A stretch of DNA of 64,000 nucleotides from an uncultured Bacteroidales bacterium (GTDB lineage Bacteria > Bacteroidota > Bacteroidia > Bacteroidales > CAYRRV01), in contig CAYRRV010000015.1 of NCBI GenBank assembly GCA_964426725.1, forward strand, positions 7,765 through 71,764, read 5' to 3'. Positions 1 to 8,213 of this stretch are shown here, piece by piece. The position numbers were made by a program, and so were the translations under genes. The notes beneath the pieces are model-generated. The model did not search any database. It was not told the origin of the DNA and saw nothing but the letters and a program-made list of their open reading frames with translations. Within the stretch, counting starts at the first letter, position 1. Each line of letters opens with the position of its first letter.

Positions 1-1
1 C

Positions 2-211
2 AGGGTCTTCTATGAATATTCATCACAGGCAATAATGAGCCTGAAATATGAAGCCGGAGAAGATATGATTGTACTCGATCATTTATCACCCATCGAACCC
101 CAGTTAAAAGGTAATTACAAGTTCTACGGGCCTGATTTTATTTACGATGCCTTCCGTTTCGAAAAAGGGGAATGGGTATATTATCATGATGTGGACATAA
201 CCAACCAGTGA
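2..211 (+). CDS. C-terminal fragment of a hypothetical protein (5' end outside window)
   Basis: Frame 2 is open from the window edge to TGA at 209-211 (ends ...NYKFYGPDFIYDAFRFEKGEWVYYHDVDITNQ). It is absent from the ORF track because it has no start in the window. No family recognised. Confidence 0.35.
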   Translation, partial: RVFYEYSSQAIMSLKYEAGEDMIVLDHLSPIEPQLKGNYKFYGPDFIYDAFRFEKGEWVYYHDVDITNQ

Positions 212-298
212 CGCCTCATATTTGATATTGCAGAAGGGATGACAATTCATTCAGGGCATGGCACAAGACAATCATCATTTTTTCCTCGACATGACACC
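206..298 (+). repeat. ~95-nt intergenic repeat family, copy 1 (5' palindrome degenerate)
   Basis: CAGTGACGCCTCAT-ATTTGATATTGCAGAAGG...ATGGCACAAGACAATCATCATTTTTTCCTCGACATGACACC. Aligns block by block with the copies at 26538 and 61637. The 5' end overlaps the stop codon of the upstream ORF and the 3' block points toward htpG. Confidence 0.7.
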
Positions 299-372
299 AT
301 TTGGTGGCTTGTTTTCAAAGAGACATGAGCCTGTCCATAAACTCATATTTCACATGCCGTTTTTACCTCCCG

Positions 373-410
373 CTGACAGTTAGCGTGACGATTTGTCACG
401 AACCTGTCAG
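373..410. promoter_or_regulatory. nested inverted repeat upstream of htpG (possible operator or leader hairpin)
   Basis: CTGACAG-ttag-CGTGAC-gattt-GTCACG-aac-CTGTCAG with 7+6 bp arms, ending about 58 nt before the htpG ATG. The inner arms share GTGAC/GTCAC with the repeat-family palindrome. Confidence 0.3.
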
Positions 411-467
411 GTGGCACAACCTTTGAAGATTATCGGCATAATATGTTTAATCAAAAATAATACAGAT

Positions 468-2519
468 ATGCACAAGGGTAAAATTGATGTTTCAACCGAG
501 AATATTTTTCCCATCATTAAAAAATTCCTTTACTCGGAACATGAAATCTTTTTGCGGGAAATCGTCTCCAATGCCGTGGATGCCACCCAAAAACTAAAAA
601 CACTTGCCAGGCTCGGTGAATACAAGGATGAACTGGGAGACCTTACTATCAGGGTTTCCATTGACAAAAAGAAAAAGGCCCTGGTAATATCCGACCGCGG
701 CATCGGGATGACAGGTGAGGAAATCGATAAGTATATCAACCAAATCGCGTTTTCAAGCGCGGAAGAATTCTTGGAAAAATATAAAAACAAAACTGATGCT
801 ATAATTGGACATTTTGGCCTTGGTTTTTATTCAGCTTTCATGGTTTCAGAAAAAGTTGAAATCGTTACAAAGTCACATAAGCCAGATTCAAAAGCCATGA
901 AGTGGAGCTGCGATGGCACACCAGAGTATGCACTGGAAGAAACCAATAAGGATGACCGGGGAACAGATATTTATCTCTATCTTGATAAAGACAGCCAAGA
1001 ATTCCTTGAAGAAAAAAGGGTTGAAGAAATATTAAAAAGATATTGCCGATACCTGCCCGTTGAAATTGCATTTGGTAAAGAAAAAGAATGGAAAGACGGA
1101 AAAGAAGTTGAAACAGGAAAAGACCGGGTAATCAATGATCCGAATCCCCTGTGGACAAAGATGCCTGCCGATCTGAAAGAAGAGGATTACCAGAATTTCT
1201 ATCGCGACTTGTATCCCATGCAGGAAGATCCGCTTTTCAACATCCATATCAATGTTGATTACCCGTTTAACCTGACAGGAATTCTTTATTTCCCGAAGAT
1301 TAAACATAACATAGACATTCATAAGAACAAGATTCAACTCTATTGTAATCAGGTTTTTGTTACCGATTCAGTTGAGGGAATTGTTCCGGAATTTCTTACT
1401 TTGCTGCACGGTGTTCTCGACTCTCCCGATATTCCATTAAATGTTTCAAGGAGTTATTTGCAGGGAGATCCCAACGTGAAAAAAATATCAAACCATATTA
1501 CCAAAAAGGTAGGTGACAGATTGACTGAAATTTTTAAGGAAGACCGGAAAAAATTCGAGGAAAAATGGGACTTCCTAAAACTCTTTATCGAGTATGGCAT
1601 GCTCACGGAAGAAAAATTTTATGAAAAGGCCAAAAATTTTGCGCTTTTCAAAAACGCGGACGGGAATTATTTCACCATGGAAGAATATGAAAAACTAATT
1701 AAAGAGAACCAGACTGATAAGGATAAAAACCTCATTTACCTTTATGCTACGAGCAAGGAAGAACAATACTCGTTTATCGATGCAGCAAAATCGAGAGGAT
1801 ACGACGTGTTGCTCATGGATGGTGATCTTGACGCGCATTATATCAACCACCTGGAACAAAAACTATCAAACTCAAGGTTTGTAAGGGTTGATTCAGACGT
1901 GGTAGATAAGCTAATCCTCAAGGAAGAAAAGAAAGAATCAAAACTTTCAGTTGATGACCAGGAAGATTTAAGGCACGTGTTCCAGTCTCATTTACCCGGG
2001 AATCCTAATTTCTTCGTTACTTTCGAAACTTTATCGGAAACCGATAATCCGGTATTGGTAACCCAGTCGGAGTTCATGCGCAGAATGAAAGACATGTCGA
2101 AATTGGGAGGTGGTGGAATGAGTTTCTATGGAGATTTACCCGATAGCTTTAACCTGGTAATCAATACCAATCACCCGCTTGTTGAAAAAATAGTGACCGA
2201 GAAAAACAAAAAGATCGGTGAAAAGATAAAAGAATTCAGGGAAAACATAAAACCCCTGAATGATGAAAAAAGCGCTCTCGAAAAAGCTCGTGAGAATAAG
2301 AAAGACGAGGAAATACCCCAGGCTGATAAGGACAAGCTTGAAGAAGTAAACAAGAAACTTGACAGTGAAAATAAAAAGAAAGAGAAAACGCTTAAAGAAT
2401 TCGGTCAGAAAAATAAAATTGTTAAACAACTTATAGACCTGGCGCTTTTATCCAACAACATGCTAAAAGGTGAGGAGTTAACCAAGTTTGTGAAACGAAG
2501 TGTCGAACTGATTAAATAA
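468..2519 (+). CDS. htpG: molecular chaperone HtpG (Hsp90 family)
   Basis: ORF 393-2519. The ATG at 468 gives MHKGKIDVSTENIFPIIKKFLYSEHEIFLREIVSNAVDA, the Hsp90 N-terminal GHKL signature. 683 aa, full-length HtpG architecture. Confidence 0.95.
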   Translation: MHKGKIDVSTENIFPIIKKFLYSEHEIFLREIVSNAVDATQKLKTLARLGEYKDELGDLTIRVSIDKKKKALVISDRGIGMTGEEIDKYINQIAFSSAEEFLEKYKNKTDAIIGHFGLGFYSAFMVSEKVEIVTKSHKPDSKAMKWSCDGTPEYALEETNKDDRGTDIYLYLDKDSQEFLEEKRVEEILKRYCRYLPVEIAFGKEKEWKDGKEVETGKDRVINDPNPLWTKMPADLKEEDYQNFYRDLYPMQEDPLFNIHINVDYPFNLTGILYFPKIKHNIDIHKNKIQLYCNQVFVTDSVEGIVPEFLTLLHGVLDSPDIPLNVSRSYLQGDPNVKKISNHITKKVGDRLTEIFKEDRKKFEEKWDFLKLFIEYGMLTEEKFYEKAKNFALFKNADGNYFTMEEYEKLIKENQTDKDKNLIYLYATSKEEQYSFIDAAKSRGYDVLLMDGDLDAHYINHLEQKLSNSRFVRVDSDVVDKLILKEEKKESKLSVDDQEDLRHVFQSHLPGNPNFFVTFETLSETDNPVLVTQSEFMRRMKDMSKLGGGGMSFYGDLPDSFNLVINTNHPLVEKIVTEKNKKIGEKIKEFRENIKPLNDEKSALEKARENKKDEEIPQADKDKLEEVNKKLDSENKKKEKTLKEFGQKNKIVKQLIDLALLSNNMLKGEELTKFVKRSVELIK

Positions 2520-2544
2520 TTGTTTGAAGAATAACCAAAAAAGG

Positions 2545-2571
2545 AAAAGGGGGAGTGAATCCCCCTTTTTT
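2545..2571 (+). terminator. rho-independent terminator after htpG
   Basis: AAAAGGGGGA-gtgaa-TCCCCCTTTT followed by a T-run, 26 nt after the htpG stop. Confidence 0.7.
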
Positions 2572-2687
2572 GTATCACCGGTATCAGTTATTGACAGTTT
2601 AACGGAGGCAAACTATGAATCATAGCATTCTTTGGAAAGTCACTGAATCATATGTTTACAATAACTTTACCGATGATAAAATCATTA

Positions 2688-3086
2688 TTAAGCCGGTGTT
2701 TTAAAATTCTCAAATACTCTTTTTATCGCATCCGTGTCAATTTCCTCTTTTGTAATATAATTATGAGCTCCCGCTTCAATCATTTGCTTGATATAGCTAA
2801 ACTCGGAATGAAAAGAGACAGCAATAATAACCAGGTAACGATATTTGCAGGTTAACTCCCTGGTAGCTTCAATCCCGCTCCTGATGGGCATATCAGCATC
2901 CATGAAAATCAAATCTGTTTTTCGCGTCTGTACCATCTGGATTGCCTCTTCTCCATTACAGGCTTCCCGCAATTCGCTGATCCTGTCAGAAAATGAATTT
3001 TCGATTAAAAAACGCAAGGCTTTTCTGAATTTAGCGTTATCATCAACAATAAGGACACTTAGTTTTTTCACGAGAATACAATTCAT
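2688..3086 (-). CDS. stand-alone response regulator receiver (CheY-like)
   Basis: 132 aa. VLIVDDN...DLIFMDADMP...K motif pattern of REC domains, with no output domain. Confidence 0.85.
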   Translation of the reverse strand: MNCILVKKLSVLIVDDNAKFRKALRFLIENSFSDRISELREACNGEEAIQMVQTRKTDLIFMDADMPIRSGIEATRELTCKYRYLVIIAVSFHSEFSYIKQMIEAGAHNYITKEEIDTDAIKRVFENFKTPA

Positions 3087-3461
3087 TTAATTCAATGGTC
3101 TTACAAAACTTTTCATTGTAGTTTACAATCTCTTCATAAACAGGATTGGGAAACTAAACCCGCGAACAGCTTTCTTTCAACCTAGCTATGCATCCAACTC
3201 CACACTGTCCGCGGGTATTCTTCCCCTCTACCTCTCCAAATCCTGCATAATACCCGCTCGAAAAATACAAACCAAAAAACCCAATTAACCCAAAACTCAT
3301 TTGCAGGTATTATTTCTAATTGTCAATTATACCTTTATCCATCCCTTCAATCTTTCCTAATCTATAAGGTACAATTTTCTTCGAGCCCACTCTTCAGATT
3401 GTCAAATATTACTGATACAAATATACAAGCGTAATTAATAGAATTTTTGAGGGATTTCCAT

Positions 3462-3503
3462 CAAAAAATCGAGGAAAATACTGTTTTTTCATGGGTGTTT
3501 TCC
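3462..3503 (-). terminator. candidate terminator downstream of receiver gene 3794-4174
   Basis: On the minus strand, GGAAAACAC-loop-GTATTTTCC (8 of 9 bp) is followed by TCGATTTTTTGA. Confidence 0.4.
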
Positions 3504-3680
3504 GCCAAAATTATCGCGGGAAAAGAATAGTACCCAAATTGAACGATTTACTTAATCGATAAAAATATTGCAAGTATTTCACAGTACTTCGTTTGTGAAA
3601 TTCAACAACCTCAATATCGGATAATCCTTCAACTGACAGAAAGCACTTGCTTGCTATTCTACAACTGCTCAACTCAGGTA

Positions 3681-3776
3681 GTAATGACAAGGCGCTTTTG
3701 ATATTGCAGAAAGGATGTGTATATATTTTGTAGAAATACCAGGGAACAACCGACACCTTTTAATCGATAAGACATC
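3681..3776 (+). repeat. ~95-nt intergenic repeat family, copy 2 (degenerate)
   Basis: GTAATGACAAGGCGC-TTTTGATATTGCAGAAAGGATGT...GGGAACAACCGACACCTTTTAATCGATAAGACATC. Blocks 2 and 3 are recognisable. The 3' block ends about 17 nt from the stop of the 3794-4174 gene. Confidence 0.55.
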
Positions 3777-3793
3777 AGAATGAATCAGGAAAG

Positions 3794-4174
3794 TCAGGAC
3801 ACCTTTAATATTCTTTTTATCCGGGCAATCACATCCGGTATATCAATAGGTTTAATAATGTAATCCAATGCCCCGAGTGCAAGTGCTTTTTGTTTGTCTC
3901 TTGAATTATTACGGGCAGTAAGCATCATGACAGGTATATTCATGGTTTTATTTTCCGTTTTCAGGTTTTCTAAAACCTCAAACCCATCAAGATCAGGCAT
4001 CATGATATCAAGAATTACCAGCACGGGAGATTTTTGCCTGATCATGGATAAGGCTTCTTTACCGCTTTCCACGGTTAATATAGTATAGCCTTCCTCCTCA
4101 AGTATATTTTGCATCAATAAATTATTCACCGATGAATCATCAACTACCAGAATAAAATCTTGTTTAGGAACCAT
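3794..4174 (-). CDS. stand-alone response regulator receiver (CheY-like)
   Basis: 126 aa. ILVVDDS...VILDIMMPDLDGFEVL...MLTA...KP REC motifs, with no output domain. Confidence 0.85.
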   Translation of the reverse strand: MVPKQDFILVVDDSSVNNLLMQNILEEEGYTILTVESGKEALSMIRQKSPVLVILDIMMPDLDGFEVLENLKTENKTMNIPVMMLTARNNSRDKQKALALGALDYIIKPIDIPDVIARIKRILKVS

Positions 4175-4227
4175 TTTAATAAATATATAACTGGTTTTTC
4201 AAATATATGATTTTTATTTATTTCTAG

Positions 4228-4319
4228 TATCATGTCCATGAAAAAATGTCGGTTGATCTGCGTCACAAACCGTAAATAAAGGACATCTTTTCTGTAATAT
4301 CAAGCGTAATGCGTCACTA
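4228..4319 (-). repeat. ~95-nt intergenic repeat family, copy 3
   Basis: Reverse complement reads TAGTGACGCATTAC-GCTTGATATTACAGAAAAGATGTCC...GTGACGCAGATCAACCGACATTTTTTCATGGACATGATAC. The 3' block ends about 55 nt upstream of the receiver gene start at 4174. Confidence 0.75.
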
Positions 4320-4514
4320 GAAGAGATATAACTATTTTTTTACTGTCAATTCATCTGTTAAGTTGAAAAAAATTATTATTTTCGGTACAGTATTTCTTAT
4401 TTCAGTACGCGATTTCATGAACGAAGAGAGCACACCCGTAAAACAGAATTAGCAACATATGTGTTTCCTGTTTGTCAAAAGGTATACATTATAACATTAA
4501 AAAATAATATTTCC

Positions 4515-5312
4515 ATGAAGAAAATTAGTTTCTTTCCATTTTTTAGCATTTTAACACTCATGGTAATGTCATCCTCATGTAAAAAAGAGGTGAATCTTTT
4601 TACCGTGAGTCAGGATATTGAATTCGGGATGCAGATGAAAGAAGAAATAGAAAGCAACCCGGATCAGTACAATGTTGTATATGAGAAAGATGCTCCCGAA
4701 GCATATGAACATTTAAACAGGGTGCGTGATAATATCCTTAACTCGGGAGAACTAAAATATGACGATCGTTTTACCTGGGAGGTCTACCTTATTGATAATG
4801 ATACTATTGTTAATGCCTTTGCATGTCCTGGTGGGTACATGTATTTTTATACCGGTCTTATTGATTTTTTGGATAATGAAGCTCAGTTCGCCGGTGTAGT
4901 CGCGCATGAAATGGCCCATGTTGATTTAAGGCACTCTACCAAATCTATGACAAAGCATTATAGCTATGCAATATTATTGAATGTTCTGCTGGGGAAGAAT
5001 CCTTCCAAAATGGCTGAAATAGCTGCAGACCTGGCCCTTGGCCTTGGCAACCTGCAGTTTTCCAGGACACACGAGTACCAGGCGGATGAGTACGCGGTTA
5101 AATACCTTTATAAGACTGCTTATAATGCTCCCTCTCTTGCCGATTTTTTCGAGAAGTTGGAAAGCAGCAAGCGCCCCCCGGAGTTTCTAAGCACTCATCC
5201 AAGTCCTGAAAACAGGTACGAAAACATCAACGAGGTTTTTCAGTCATTAGGCGGGGTTAACGGGGAATTATTTGAAAGCCGTTACCAGGAATTTATCAAC
5301 GCCTTACCATGA
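4515..5312 (+). CDS. M48-family zinc metallopeptidase, probable lipoprotein
   Basis: The ATG at 4515 gives MKKISFFPFFSILTLMVMSSSC (signal peptide with Cys). HEMAH zinc motif (VVAHEMAHVDLRH) and a downstream E/D ligand region. Confidence 0.85.
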   Translation: MKKISFFPFFSILTLMVMSSSCKKEVNLFTVSQDIEFGMQMKEEIESNPDQYNVVYEKDAPEAYEHLNRVRDNILNSGELKYDDRFTWEVYLIDNDTIVNAFACPGGYMYFYTGLIDFLDNEAQFAGVVAHEMAHVDLRHSTKSMTKHYSYAILLNVLLGKNPSKMAEIAADLALGLGNLQFSRTHEYQADEYAVKYLYKTAYNAPSLADFFEKLESSKRPPEFLSTHPSPENRYENINEVFQSLGGVNGELFESRYQEFINALP

Positions 5313-5322
5313 CATGCTTGGA

Positions 5323-5781
5323 CTATACACTCCTGTTGATATAATAACTATAATCCTTTACTTTTTTCTGATAGTTGTCGGCGAAAATTGGTGAAGATAT
5401 TAAAAAATCAGCGGTGGAACGATTACAGGCAGTTGGTACATTATAAAGCACGGTAATTCTCAACAATGCTTTCACGTCAACATCGTGAGGCTGAGGTTGC
5501 ATGGGATCCCAAAAGAAAATCATAATATCAATTTTATCTTCCGAAATCAAGGCTCCCAGTTGCTGATCACCGCCCAACGGCCCTGATTTTAATTTCGTAA
5601 TATTGATTTCAAGACCCGGGTTCTTCTTTTTTAATGACTCTTCTATCATTTTACCTGTAGTTCCGGTACAGATAAGCTGGTGCTTGTTTAATTTTTCATG
5701 GTTGAATTCAACCCACTCTATCAAGTCTTTTTTCCGGTTATCATGCGCTACCAGGGCCAGTCTTTTTATTTTATCCATCAT
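5323..5781 (-). CDS. mgsA: methylglyoxal synthase
   Basis: LALVAHDNRKKDLIEWV...CTGTTGKMIEE...GPLGGDQQLGALISEDKIDIMIFFWDP...PHDVDVKALLR matches the MgsA family signature along the whole length. Start set at the internal MM. Confidence 0.9.
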   Translation of the reverse strand: MMDKIKRLALVAHDNRKKDLIEWVEFNHEKLNKHQLICTGTTGKMIEESLKKKNPGLEINITKLKSGPLGGDQQLGALISEDKIDIMIFFWDPMQPQPHDVDVKALLRITVLYNVPTACNRSTADFLISSPIFADNYQKKVKDYSYYINRSV

Positions 5782-5856
5782 GCAAATTTTAGCTGTTGCA
5801 AATATAGGCAAATTAACAATTCATGATATCGTGAGTAACCGGGGTGAGTGAAAAAA

Positions 5857-6978
5857 CTAAAAGACGGTAACCGTGGAACCTAAAACATAGAAAGATATTT
5901 TATCATCGTGAGGAATAAAAGAATAATTAAGTTTAGTTGTACTTTCACGGGCAATGTCAATCAGGCCCAGGCCTGCACCTCCCTTATCGGTACCCTTGCC
6001 ATCCTTGAGGGTAACCTTGTACAACTCAACCAATTCTTCTTTATTAAGCTTGTTGAGTTTATCAATTTGGTTTTTTAAACTTTCGATCCTGAAGTTTTCA
6101 ATGAAATTACCGGTTGCAATGTTATAATCCGTATCATTTCTGCCCAGCACGAAGACACCCTCGTGGCGTCCGTTTATTTTATAAGAATGTTTACTCACGT
6201 TTTGCAAAATTTCCACCAACATGTGAAACGCTTTTTTTTTCATACGTGATTTTTCAAACTGCCTGTGGAGATTATTCTCTATCATTCGGAGTATAGGTAT
6301 AACCGAATTCTGAGAAAAATCACCCTTGTGTAAAACAATAACATTTTTTCCCTGTATCTCGTTATGCAATTTAATGGCATTTTTGATAGAAAACTGAACA
6401 TCATTCCCGGCTTTTTCAACTCCTTCAGTGGTTCCTTTCATGTTTAACTGCATGTAAAAGAAAGAATGCATATTATCTATTTTTTCAAAATCATATGCAA
6501 TTTTCTGCCCTGATTTTCTTGCCATTTCAATCAAACCCAAGCCGGCGCCTCCCTTTTCGGTGAACCCTTCATTATTTAAAACATCTATATAAAGTTTTTT
6601 TAATTCGTCTTTTCCAAGATTGTTTATTTCCTCCAGTTTATGGCTTAAAACATCAATATCACTGTTTGCAACGGGGTTTGCAGAGGTAATATAATAATTG
6701 TTCCCTATATGACGAGTAAGAAACAGACCTGTTTTTTTTACTTTTATTAACCGGAACATGGGTTCTTCACCATGCCTGACAATATTTTGAAAACACTCGG
6801 CCATCAGAAAGGAAAGCTTATTGGTTAGCCTGGCATGTTGTAAGGTTGAATTAATATTATACTCGTTCAGATCAATAATCTTATCTGTTATTTCATCACT
6901 AAACTCACCCTGGTAAAGAAAAGCAAGGGTATCATCTTTTAATTTCAGGTAGAAATCATATATATTTTCAAGCTCCAT
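5857..6978 (-). CDS. tandem-duplicated SiaB-like / GHKL-type putative protein kinase
   Basis: Two homologous halves each end in KGGAGLGLIEMARKSGQKIAYDF / KGGAGLGLIDIARESTTKLNYSF (G2-box-like). The ORF-track start at 7002 is TTG, so the ATG at 6978 (MELENIYDF) is preferred. Confidence 0.6.
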   Translation of the reverse strand: MELENIYDFYLKLKDDTLAFLYQGEFSDEITDKIIDLNEYNINSTLQHARLTNKLSFLMAECFQNIVRHGEEPMFRLIKVKKTGLFLTRHIGNNYYITSANPVANSDIDVLSHKLEEINNLGKDELKKLYIDVLNNEGFTEKGGAGLGLIEMARKSGQKIAYDFEKIDNMHSFFYMQLNMKGTTEGVEKAGNDVQFSIKNAIKLHNEIQGKNVIVLHKGDFSQNSVIPILRMIENNLHRQFEKSRMKKKAFHMLVEILQNVSKHSYKINGRHEGVFVLGRNDTDYNIATGNFIENFRIESLKNQIDKLNKLNKEELVELYKVTLKDGKGTDKGGAGLGLIDIARESTTKLNYSFIPHDDKISFYVLGSTVTVF

Positions 6979-7138
6979 CTGCCGTGGTATCAAAATCACC
7001 AAATATTATCCATAAATATATAAAAAATATTATACAGTATAGTTTTACCGTTCAATAATTTCAAAAAATAATATACTATACGAAAAATTGTAATTTAATA
7101 CTTATTTTGACGTTATAAAAAAATAAATTTCATTCTGC

Positions 7139-8209
7139 ATGGTGAAGAAAAAGAAAAGGATAAACAAAAAAACCAGAAAGTTACTTCTCATCGTACAATT
7201 ATTAGCGATCGGGCTACTGATAATATTTGGAATTCAATTTTTCAATATCTACAAGCAAGTCTACAAACCAAATGTGATATTACCGGATTCTCAGGCTGAA
7301 CTTTATATTCCTACAGGCTCTTCATTGGAAGATGTAAGCCGGATTCTATACAAACAAAACTTCATTACAGATAGAAATTCTTTTGAATGGTTGGCCGAGA
7401 AGAAAAATTATTCTAATCTAATCAAGCCTGGTTGTTATATAATTAAAGACGGTATGAGCAACAACGACCTCATTAATCTGCTTCGTTCTGGCAGGCAAAC
7501 ACCGGTAAAAGTAATGTTTCATAATGTACGCTCAACATCTCAACTGGCGGGCATCATTGCTGCCCAACTCGAGTTGGATTCTGTTTCTCTCGTGAGATTA
7601 TTGAGTAACAATAAATTTCTCACTGAAAAAGGATTCAACCTGCAGACCATTCCTGCCATGTTTATCCCCAATACATACGAGTTTTACTGGAACACCGATG
7701 AAAAAGCGTTCTTAACAAGGATGTATACTGAGTATGAAAAATTCTGGAATAAAAAAAGAAAGAAAAAGGCGGAAAAAATAGGACTTACCCCTGTTGAAGT
7801 TAGCACGCTGGCCAGTATTGTTGATGAAGAAACACTTTTTGATGATGAACTGAAACGGGTAGCCGGCACTTACATGAACCGCCTGCAAAAGAACATGCGT
7901 TTACAGGCAGATCCAACCATTCGTTTTGCCATGGGAGATTTTACTATCCAACGGATATTACACAAGCATCTTGCCTTCGATTCCCCTTACAACACCTACA
8001 AACACGGTGGACTGCCACCTGGCCCCATAACAATTCCTTCAGTAGCTGCTATTGATGCCGTGCTGGATCATGAAGATCACGATTATCTCTATTTTTGCGC
8101 GAGGGATGATTTTTCCGGATACCACCATTTTTCCAAAACACTTGCACAACATAACCGGTACGCGGCAAAATACAGGATGGCACTGAATAGAAAAAGAATC
8201 TACAAGTAA
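7139..8209 (+). CDS. mltG: endolytic murein transglycosylase MltG (YceG family)
   Basis: N-terminal TM helix and YceG-like core (ASIVDEET, RVAGTYMNRL, LQADPT, YNTY...GLPPGPI). Confidence 0.9.
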   Translation: MVKKKKRINKKTRKLLLIVQLLAIGLLIIFGIQFFNIYKQVYKPNVILPDSQAELYIPTGSSLEDVSRILYKQNFITDRNSFEWLAEKKNYSNLIKPGCYIIKDGMSNNDLINLLRSGRQTPVKVMFHNVRSTSQLAGIIAAQLELDSVSLVRLLSNNKFLTEKGFNLQTIPAMFIPNTYEFYWNTDEKAFLTRMYTEYEKFWNKKRKKKAEKIGLTPVEVSTLASIVDEETLFDDELKRVAGTYMNRLQKNMRLQADPTIRFAMGDFTIQRILHKHLAFDSPYNTYKHGGLPPGPITIPSVAAIDAVLDHEDHDYLYFCARDDFSGYHHFSKTLAQHNRYAAKYRMALNRKRIYK

Positions 8210-8213
8210 TTTG

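Noticed and set aside
412-428. Sigma-54-like TGGCAC-N5-TTGA upstream of htpG, and TGGCAC inside repeat block 3
   Set aside because: The -12 element lacks the conserved GC (TTGA versus TTGC). The repeat copies have AACC at that position, so they are not a convincing -24/-12 promoter.
3511-3756. 81-aa minus-strand ORF in the long intergenic gap
   Set aside because: Its 5' third is made of repeat-family copy 2, so it is repeat-derived sequence. There is no signal of coding conservation.
4232-4279. Mini-ORFs starting ATG(TCN)ATGAAAAAATG on the reverse strand of repeat block 3 (MSMKKCRLIC...)
   Set aside because: The frame and length are not conserved between copies: 15, 13, 8 and 5 codons, with A-run length variation shifting the frame. 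The ATGAAAAAA is therefore a nucleotide-level motif and not a gene.
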